Below, in pieces: positions 27,856 to 33,467 of a stretch of DNA of 35,752 nt. Made by a program: the position numbers and the translations under genes. The notes beneath the pieces are model-generated. The model was given only the letters and a program-made list of their open reading frames with translations. It had not been told where the DNA came from and did no database searches. This stretch comes from an uncultured bacterium (lineage in GTDB: Bacteria; Cyanobacteriota; Vampirovibrionia; Gastranaerophilales; Gastranaerophilaceae). The first letter of the stretch is position 1, and the number at the start of each line of letters is the position of its first letter. The DNA lies in assembly GCA_937894665.1 (NCBI GenBank), contig CALAWF010000027.1:1-35752 (forward strand), given 5' to 3'.

Positions 27856-27890
27856 AAACTCACTTTTCCTATAGAAAAGTGAGTTTTTGA
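27856..27890 (+). terminator. intrinsic terminator after the toxin module
   Basis: 13-bp stem AAACTCACTTTTC/GAAAAGTGAGTTT with loop CTATA, followed by TTGA within a T-rich run. Confidence 0.7.
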
Positions 27891-27940
27891 TAAATCCTAA
27901 AATCTCTTTCTAGACTTATAATACAGCCTGTTTTTAGGAG

Positions 27941-27960
27941 AGAAATGTCAACACATTTCT
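27941..27960. repeat. 20-bp palindrome AGAAATGT-CAAC-ACATTTCT, with a related inverted copy (ATGTTGACAT) near 27979-27988
   Basis: Read directly. It lies upstream of the small coiled-coil gene and second recombinase. A TTGACA-N17-AATAAT promoter-like element overlaps the downstream copy. Confidence 0.6.
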
Positions 27961-28045
27961 TTATAAACTCACTCCAATATGTTGACATAGTGAGTAAATG
28001 GAGTAATAATAGAGATATAGAGAACGCAAAAACAGGAGATACAAA

Positions 28046-28321
28046 ATGAAAAATTCAGACATCAGGAACACAGTTGAAGAACTTCAAAACCTTTACGCTC
28101 AAGCTGACGAATTAAAAGCTCAAATCACTGCAAGAGAAGCGATGATTAAAGAAGAAATGGAAGCTAGAGAAACAGAAACACTCGATTTGGGTAATGTTAT
28201 CATAAGATTTACTTCAATTATTTCTAATAGATTTGACACTACTAACTTCAAAAAGCAATATTCAGACCTATACAACTCGTTCATTAAACAGGTAGCAAGT
28301 AGAAGATTTTCAATAGCATAG
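28046..28321 (+). CDS. small coiled-coil protein, unknown function
   Basis: 91 aa. N-terminal coiled coil (VEELQNLYAQADELKAQITAREAMIKEEMEARE), then a beta-rich tail (LGNVIIRFTSIISNRFDTTNFKKQYSDLY). AGGAG RBS. Confidence 0.75.
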   Translation: MKNSDIRNTVEELQNLYAQADELKAQITAREAMIKEEMEARETETLDLGNVIIRFTSIISNRFDTTNFKKQYSDLYNSFIKQVASRRFSIA

Positions 28322-28355
28322 GGGTAAAAGCCCCTATGGGGGCGGGAGATTAGAC

Positions 28356-29036
28356 ATGGAAAGAACAACTGACACATATACTACAACTAGGTATGGAAAA
28401 GAAGTAGAAATACACAAACCAAGCGGAAGTACACCTATTACTGAACAGAGTAAATTATATGAGATAAAAAAAGCTCTAACTAAGGGAATTATGAACGAAA
28501 AAGGAAAAGTAATCATCAAGGCTCCACATGAAAAATATTACATACTTTGGAGTTTATCTCTTGGTCTTGGTTTCAGAATTTCGGATACATTAAAATTGAC
28601 TGTGAAAGATGTTACTTCTTCTAATGCAGAAATAACCGAGCAAAAAACAGGCAAAAGGCGTATGGTAACTGTACCCGCAGGGTTACAACCTGTGATTAAT
28701 GAATACATTAGAAAATACGACCTAAAAGAAAACGACAAGCTGATTTTTGCCAACAGAAAAGACGGGACTAAAGACAAAGCTATCGACAAATCTCAGGCAT
28801 ATAGAAAATTGCGAGAGATAGTAGAAGCTGTTTGTCCTGATGTGCAATTTTCTAACCATACTACGAGAAAGACTTGGGCTTACTTCTTATACTTAAAAGA
28901 GGACAAGAATATAGCTATTGTACAAAAAGCCCTTAATCACACGTCTAGCCTTACGACCTGCGATTATATAGGATTATCGAAAAAGGAATTGAAAGAAACT
29001 CTGATTAAATATGACCCAATGTCGGGAGAATGGTAG
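28356..29036 (+). CDS. small tyrosine recombinase, catalytic domain only
   Basis: Catalytic residues GLGFRISD (Arg), EQKTGKRR (Lys region), NHTTRKTWAY (HxxR) and LNHTSSLTTCDYIG (His...Tyr). At 226 aa it has no recognisable SAM-like core-binding domain. GGGAG RBS. Confidence 0.82.
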   Translation: MERTTDTYTTTRYGKEVEIHKPSGSTPITEQSKLYEIKKALTKGIMNEKGKVIIKAPHEKYYILWSLSLGLGFRISDTLKLTVKDVTSSNAEITEQKTGKRRMVTVPAGLQPVINEYIRKYDLKENDKLIFANRKDGTKDKAIDKSQAYRKLREIVEAVCPDVQFSNHTTRKTWAYFLYLKEDKNIAIVQKALNHTSSLTTCDYIGLSKKELKETLIKYDPMSGEW

Positions 29037-29038
29037 AG

Positions 29039-29383
29039 TTAGTCTTTTAAACTATCCATTCCCTTTTGGGCAGTCTTTAATAGGTTATAGTAAAATTCAA
29101 TTTCTTGCTCATTTGCATTACTTAGTATCTGCATAGCTTTAATAAAAAATGGGTTGTCATTAGTTGATACTTTAGATAAATCAACACCAACATCTTCAAG
29201 TTTTAAATCTAGTGCTCTTAGAATTTTATTTAATGTTTCGAAATTTGGGTGAAAACGCCCTGTTTCTATCTTTGAAATATGCTTTTCATGAATATTCGCC
29301 ATTTCCGCTAACTTTGCTTGCGAAAGCCCTCGAGATATCCTAATTTGTTTTAATTTATCTCCAAAAGTATTGTCTTTGCTCAT
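29039..29383 (-). CDS. XRE-family HTH transcriptional regulator
   Basis: FGDKLKQIRISRGLSQAKLAEMANIHEKHISKIETGRFHPNFETLNKILRALDLKLEDV is a canonical HTH_XRE. Divergent from the zinc-ribbon membrane gene pair. Confidence 0.88.
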   Translation of the reverse strand: MSKDNTFGDKLKQIRISRGLSQAKLAEMANIHEKHISKIETGRFHPNFETLNKILRALDLKLEDVGVDLSKVSTNDNPFFIKAMQILSNANEQEIEFYYNLLKTAQKGMDSLKD

Positions 29384-29434
29384 CCTTATACTCCTCTGTT
29401 ATCTTAAAGAGTACACATAGCAAATTAAACAAAT

Positions 29435-29482
29435 CTTATTGATATTATCTGTTTACAATTTGTATCAACTTATTGATATTAT
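29435..29482 (+). promoter_or_regulatory. two 14-bp direct repeats CTTATTGATATTAT (candidate operators/promoter elements)
   Basis: Identical copies at 29435-29448 and 29469-29482, 34 bp centre to centre, in the 146-bp divergent intergenic region. Each contains TTGATA. Confidence 0.55.
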
Positions 29483-29529
29483 ATCTTTTTCATGATTTTA
29501 TCTATTTAGAATTGTAATAGGAGGAAAGT

Positions 29530-29946
29530 ATGGCACAAAACTCTTGGTTTAGAACAGGTATTTTATATTTTGTTGATACTTGGTTAGAATATACCGTATT
29601 TATTTTATTTGCTGGGCTAATTTATGTGTCATGGCAATTTTTAAAAGATGAAAATACAATATGGCTAGGACTTCTTATCCTTTGTGTTGGGATATTAACA
29701 TTGTCACTTATTTCATGGCTAATCTTTAGTTTAATTGATATTAGGTACTTATTAAAAACGATATCAGAAAACACCAAGAGAGAAATTGATATAAATGCTA
29801 TAACAAAACAAGAGTCCAAGACATTACCTCCAGTTCCAGCAGAAGATGAAAAATATTGTCCATACTGCAATTCAATAATAAAAAAGAACGCTAAAAAATG
29901 TAGATTTTGTAATATGTGGTTAGGTAATAATGGAGGTAACGCATAA
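29530..29946 (+). CDS. membrane protein with a C-terminal zinc ribbon
   Basis: Three hydrophobic helices, then CPYCNSIIKKNAKKCRFCNMW (CxxC-N10-CxxC). GGAGGA RBS. Confidence 0.8.
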   Translation: MAQNSWFRTGILYFVDTWLEYTVFILFAGLIYVSWQFLKDENTIWLGLLILCVGILTLSLISWLIFSLIDIRYLLKTISENTKREIDINAITKQESKTLPPVPAEDEKYCPYCNSIIKKNAKKCRFCNMWLGNNGGNA

Positions 29947-30767
29947 TGAAATGTCCTTACTGTCATGAAGAAGTTGAAAAAAATTCTATTATATGTTCTG
30001 TTTGTGGAGAAAAAATTCCCACAATATATAGTATTTTTGACTCAATAAAAACTCAACTTCCCAAAATCCGAAAAATATTCACTATATGTATGTTTAGTAT
30101 ATTATTTGTAATTTGCATTTTTTTTCTAGTTAATTTCATGATTAAAACTATAGACAGTAATAAACTTACAGATACAGGGTATAAATCAATAGAGTTAAGT
30201 TATACTCCTGTGGGAAGTTTTTATGACGTTCTTTCTTCCCTTGGACAGCAAGAACAAGATTTGATAACATTTTTCAAAAAAAGTAAAAAAGAACAAGATA
30301 ATTCAAAATTATTTGCAATATTCATGGATAATGTGAATAAAACACGTCAATATTTTACGGATAACTTCAATTATGAAAAAAGTTTAAGTGAACAAGGTAT
30401 TATGACTGCAACAAAAATTACAGACGCAAATCCAAACCCAATAAGAATAACCAGCCCTGCTATAAATATTCTTAAGGTCGGTTTTAGGGGAGCTGTCGGT
30501 TTAATGATAGATTATGATTATGTACTAAAAACATATACTCCATACTTGACAGACGACTGGAAAGAATACTTTGAATTGTCAAAGCAATTGGACAATGATT
30601 TACAAATTGCAGAATATAACGATGACGGAATAAGTTTCGTACGGGCTTATTCCAAATGGGCAAACAAATGGAAAGAGTTTATAAAAAAATATCCTGACTT
30701 TCACATGAATGGTGATATATATGAAATGATACAGGAGTATGAGGGATTTGTTAATAATTATTATTAA
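29946..30767 (+). CDS. N-terminal zinc-ribbon, single-pass membrane protein with an unknown C-terminal domain
   Basis: KCPYCHEEVEKNSIICSVCGEKI (CxxC-N11-CxxC), a TM helix (IFTICMFSILFVICIFFLVNFMI) and a ~200-aa extracytoplasmic domain. TAATG overlap with the upstream gene. Confidence 0.8.
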   Translation: MKCPYCHEEVEKNSIICSVCGEKIPTIYSIFDSIKTQLPKIRKIFTICMFSILFVICIFFLVNFMIKTIDSNKLTDTGYKSIELSYTPVGSFYDVLSSLGQQEQDLITFFKKSKKEQDNSKLFAIFMDNVNKTRQYFTDNFNYEKSLSEQGIMTATKITDANPNPIRITSPAINILKVGFRGAVGLMIDYDYVLKTYTPYLTDDWKEYFELSKQLDNDLQIAEYNDDGISFVRAYSKWANKWKEFIKKYPDFHMNGDIYEMIQEYEGFVNNYY

Positions 30768-30825
30768 TCAGAATTAAGTTGAGCCCCAAATATTAAGATT
30801 TTGAAAAAAGTTGTATGTTTTAGCA

Positions 30826-31021
30826 CCTGAGCCCTCAAAACCTGTTCATGCCAGTTTAAATTGTCGTTTGAAAGCTGAAACGAGGCTGACAGCGAGTAGC
30901 GGCTCAGCTAAGAGTGAAAGCGAGAAGTCAGCAAAAGACTTCAAAGCAGAACGGTTTCAGTCTTGGATGAGTGGCGTGAGCCACCTCAGGAAAGAGTAAC
31001 AACTGAAAACGGGCTCTTTTT
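30826..31021 (+). ncRNA. candidate structured non-coding RNA, family not recognised
   Basis: A 200-nt block (30821-31020) is 95/200 G+C by my count, in an AT-rich context. It has several perfect local hairpins, including a GNRA-capped one (GUGGC-GUGA-GCCAC, 30971-30984), and long-range complementarities. It ends in GGGCUC plus a U5 run. The only ORF across it (30811..30999) starts at TTG, lacks an RBS and has an unprotein-like composition. Confidence 0.4.
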
Positions 31022-31074
31022 GTCCATTTTTCTTTTATTATTCTACTAATTTCTTCAAATTCTGCAAAAGAAAA

Positions 31075-31100
31075 ACCCCGCTACTATTACGTAACGGGGT
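31075..31100 (-). terminator. intrinsic terminator of the minus-strand four-gene operon
   Basis: ACCCCG/CGGGGT stem with a 14-nt loop, followed on the minus strand by TTTTTCTTTT. It lies 25 nt after the stop at 31125. Confidence 0.55.
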
Positions 31101-31124
31101 AAATAATTACATGGAAGATTTCAA

Positions 31125-31409
31125 TTATAATAATTCACATTTATGCAGAATATCCGTTATTCGTTCAAGTTGTAAGTCATTCAAGCCCTCAGCTCTGAGT
31201 GCACTCTCAACCTTATGTATAACCTTACCTTTAAATTCCGCATTTATCACAATGTCTGGTCTATTTCTGTACCTGTACAAAGGCATGTGTACCTGATAAA
31301 TACAGTCTATTACAATACCTTTGTATGCACTCGGAATTGCACTAACCTTTACTTTATTTATCAACTTAATTTGTAATGATTTCAAACAACCTATATCGAT
31401 GTTACTCAT
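31125..31409 (-). CDS. hypothetical protein (94 aa), last gene of the operon
   Basis: ATGA overlap with the upstream gene. It has a weak, unverified resemblance to Mor/C-type activators (QVHMPLYRY...RPDIVINAEFKGK...LNDLQLERITDIL). Confidence 0.7.
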   Translation of the reverse strand: MSNIDIGCLKSLQIKLINKVKVSAIPSAYKGIVIDCIYQVHMPLYRYRNRPDIVINAEFKGKVIHKVESALRAEGLNDLQLERITDILHKCELL

Positions 31410-31723
31410 TTAATTATTACTCCTATCTCCTCACGTATTGCCCTCTGTAACAGTGATAACACCTGTTTTCGCCAAATACCTCTTGGATTATCTCTTTCAA
31501 TTTTATCAGATACGGATTTGATGAGGATAAAGCAATACCGCTCCACCTCAACATCAACCCCCGCACCGCTTTTGACACTTTCTCGAATGATAAAGGAGTT
31601 CAGAACATCGAGCAGATAATCTCGGGATTTACCTTTTCGATACCTGCGAACCCTCGCTATAACAGCAGAAACAGCGCTATTAACAAGAAATTTACTTGCT
31701 ATCACTTTATTACAGCTCCTCAA
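31406..31723 (-). CDS. hypothetical protein (about 100 aa)
   Basis: The track start is a non-ATG codon overlapping the upstream gene by 14 nt. A GTG at 31705 preceded by GAGGAG is an alternative. The protein is basic and helical (VIARVRRYRKGKSRDYLL...RGIWRKQVLSLLQRAIRE). No family recognised. Confidence 0.65.
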   Translation of the reverse strand: MRSCNKVIASKFLVNSAVSAVIARVRRYRKGKSRDYLLDVLNSFIIRESVKSGAGVDVEVERYCFILIKSVSDKIERDNPRGIWRKQVLSLLQRAIREEIGVIIK

Positions 31724-32333
31724 TATCTTGGTATTCCCAGTCCTGAATTTCTCGTTTTATCCCTAAGTCGCTCCAATTTAGCGGGTTAGAAACGACTACA
31801 TAACCCATTTTTTCGTCTTTTTCAAAGTACGGTTCAACAGTTTTTCCGTTTCCTTTACCATCGTCAACATCAAGCCACACTTGGCGGAGTAAGCGATTGT
31901 CCTCCCATTTCATGTATTCTTCTGAAATTTCGCCATTGTTGTAATACTTTTGCTCAGGTTCTTTCCACACCTGTTGCAACTTTTCTTCAACAGCCTGCTT
32001 GACGAATTCTTGTACATTTTGGCACTTCGTAAGGTTAAGTGCGATAGCTATTATAACCTCGTCATGTAAAGAAAATGGAATATATGTACGACTAAGTCTT
32101 TCGCTTGGGGTATGCGGTTTGCGAGGATATTCGACATTACGTGGCATGTGTTTTTGATTGAAAGTGCCATCTAGTGCGGAATTGATAATTTCAATCACAC
32201 CACTGCGAATTGACTTAATTTTTCTCCAATTTCGCAATCTAACTAGACGATTATAAGTTGCACTATCAACACTTACAACCTTGTTATTATTGTTTTTTCT
32301 TCTAACATCTGTATATTTGCGTCTTATAGCCAT
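31710..32333 (-). CDS. hypothetical protein (207 aa) with two RHH-like segments and an acidic Trp-rich C-terminus
   Basis: GGAGG RBS lies inside the end of the upstream small ORF. KVVSVDSATYNRLVRLRNWRK...GVIEIINSALDG and RTYIPFSLHDEVIIAIALNLTK...VQEFVKQAVEEKL both look like strand-helix-helix units. The RHH assignment is by eye only. Confidence 0.75.
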   Translation of the reverse strand: MAIRRKYTDVRRKNNNNKVVSVDSATYNRLVRLRNWRKIKSIRSGVIEIINSALDGTFNQKHMPRNVEYPRKPHTPSERLSRTYIPFSLHDEVIIAIALNLTKCQNVQEFVKQAVEEKLQQVWKEPEQKYYNNGEISEEYMKWEDNRLLRQVWLDVDDGKGNGKTVEPYFEKDEKMGYVVVSNPLNWSDLGIKREIQDWEYQDIEEL

Positions 32334-32335
32334 TT

Positions 32336-32494
32336 TTAATTTTCTCCTCCGTTTTGTAATAATTCTGCTAACTTGTCTTTTAAAAGCTCATTTACAAGTG
32401 AGCTTGGGTTTACGTTTAATTTTGCTTTCGCTTCCATTAAGTCCATTAATGTCTGGACTTCGATACTGAATGATTTTGTTACTTTGGGTTTCAT
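32336..32494 (-). CDS. ribbon-helix-helix (CopG/Arc/MetJ-like) small DNA-binding protein, 52 aa
   Basis: Not in the ORF track because it is under 60 aa. Translated by hand as MKPKVTKSFSIEVQTLMDLMEAKAKLNVNPSSLVNELLKDKLAELLQNGGEN. A GGAGAGGAA RBS precedes the ATG at 32494. The stop lies 2 nt before the next ATG. It shows a beta-strand (KSFSIE) plus two-helix pattern. Confidence 0.65.
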   Translation of the reverse strand: MKPKVTKSFSIEVQTLMDLMEAKAKLNVNPSSLVNELLKDKLAELLQNGGEN

Positions 32495-32667
32495 TTCCTC
32501 TCCCTATCTGTTTTCTAGTACATTTTAGCTTTCGCTTTCTATACATAATTTAAACAGGAGAGACAACGAACAATAATAATGACAATAATAATGTTGTGTA
32601 ATCCAGAGGCAAATACACCTAAACCTAATTTTCCCCCTCTTAAAGCCATTCTGAGGGCTGTAGATTT

Positions 32668-32711
32668 AACATTCAAGAATGTTTGACAGAATAAAAAATT
32701 GATATTAAAAC
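32668..32711 (+). promoter_or_regulatory. promoter-like element with an overlapping 16-bp palindrome, reading toward attR
   Basis: AACATTC-AA-GAATGTT (32668-32683) abuts TTGACA (32683-32688), then a 17-nt spacer and TAAAAC (32706-32711). Confidence 0.4.
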
Positions 32712-32933
32712 ATAGATGTAATTATTGATTGCACTAGAAATATAAAAAGGCGGATAGAGGCACTATGAGCGACTTTCTAGCTCTTGCGCATAAAACTCTC
32801 ACAGAAATTTTCCGGAATTTCAAAACCTTTTACCCCACTGTTATTAGGTTAATAGTATCTATTTTTATAAAAACAAACACTACGTCTATATAGAGATTTT
32901 CTACTTTCTCAGAAATTTTTAAAAGCTCTGGAA

Positions 32934-32953
32934 ATGGTAACACAATGGTAACA
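32934..32953 (+). repeat. tandem ATGGTAACA doublet (candidate integrase arm-type sites, attR arm)
   Basis: atggtaaca at 32934-32942 and 32945-32953, about 117-136 bp left of the attR core, in the same orientation as the attL-side doublet. Confidence 0.6.
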
Positions 32954-33069
32954 ATAGCAATTTAATTAATAAAAATTAATCCTATTTATTAAATTAAAAA
33001 ATCAAGATATTATTCACTTTTCGCCACTTCGTCAACTCAGTAAATTATATAAAACAGCCCCGATAAAAA

Positions 33070-33110
33070 CTTTCACGGTGTAGACAGCGATTCGAATTCG
33101 CTTGGGGGTA
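33070..33110 (+). repeat. attR: displaced 3' half of tRNA-Glu (41-bp direct repeat), followed by genomic CCA
   Basis: Identical to 25082-25122. Here the discriminator A is followed by CCA and then the terminator below. This looks like the ancestral tRNA 3' end. Confidence 0.9.
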
Positions 33111-33119
33111 CCATTTAAT

Positions 33120-33146
33120 AAGCCACGTATAGCGTGGCTTTTTTAG
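33120..33146 (+). terminator. intrinsic terminator (ancestral tRNA-Glu terminator)
   Basis: AAGCCACG/CGTGGCTT 8-bp stem with a 5-nt loop (TATAG), followed by a T-run. Confidence 0.7.
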
Positions 33147-33467
33147 TGTTTAATTTTTAAAACATACATTATTATTGTATTTAAGCTAGTGTTAAACGAA
33201 AAATGCTTATTATATCTGCCTTATAGAGCTGTTTATTTTGCTAAAATTTCTAAAAATTTCGTATAGCGGCAACAAAAGTGGTAATAAAAAAAGTGCCTCA
33301 GAAAAATTCTATCATTTGTACAGCTCCCTATAACCCTCTCGTAGTCTAATTCTGGACTGTTGTAAATAAAATTCCGAAGTGGCAACATTAACAATCTTGC
33401 CACTATAAAATGTTAATAATAAAAATAGTCGTAAGCCTGTCATTGATACAGTTTTGAGCAATATCAG

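Larger units (their letters stand above)
25082..33110. mobile_element. ~8.0-kb integrative genomic island inserted in the 3' half of tRNA-Glu
   Basis: Perfect 41-bp direct repeats at both ends. A tyrosine integrase with an arm-binding N-domain and an excisionase sit next to attL. ATGGTAACA doublets occur in both arms. The cargo is regulators, a toxin module, a second recombinase and unknowns. I recognised no replication, packaging or transfer genes. Confidence 0.85.

Noticed and set aside
27945-28049. 34-codon ORF with an AGGAG RBS, translationally coupled (ATGA) to the 28046 gene
   Set aside because: It is plausible but unsupported. The same DNA is occupied by a perfect palindrome and a good promoter-like element, and the peptide has no recognisable features. 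It is mentioned under the recombinase finding rather than called as a gene.
28671-28679. Fifth near-copy of the arm-type 9-mer (ATGGTAACT) inside the second recombinase gene
   Set aside because: It is a single copy with one mismatch inside coding sequence, far from either att site, and most likely chance.
30961-30996. Hammerhead-ribozyme-like string GGAUGAG-UGGC-GUGA-GCCA-C...GAAAG
   Set aside because: It resembles CUGAUGA-stemII(GUGA loop)-GAAA superficially. However, the invariant CU of CUGAUGA is replaced, and GAAA is separated from the stem by five extra nucleotides. The catalytic core is not intact.
30811-30999. 62-codon plus-strand ORF from the track (MYVLAPEPSKPVHASLNCRLKAETRLTASSGSAKSESEKSAKDF...) covering the G+C-rich block
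   Set aside because: It has a TTG start with no Shine-Dalgarno and a Ser/Lys/Ala/Glu-rich, unprotein-like composition. It is open mainly because the local G+C enrichment depletes stop codons. The region is better explained by its dense hairpins. It is kept as the explicit alternative hypothesis in the ncRNA finding.
30768-32500. Retron, DRT, IS110-bridge-RNA or TnpB/IscB-omega-RNA type system as an explanation for the structured block
   Set aside because: No reverse transcriptase, DEDD/RuvC transposase, TnpB/IscB or HNH ORF exists anywhere in the island in any frame of useful length. The neighbouring proteins are all under 275 aa and lack those motifs.
33379-33405. Hairpin AGTGGCAA-N11-TTGCCACT downstream of the MBL hydrolase gene, as a terminator
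   Set aside because: It has an 8-bp stem, but the following sequence is only weakly T-rich on the minus strand and not T-rich on the plus strand. That is too weak to call.
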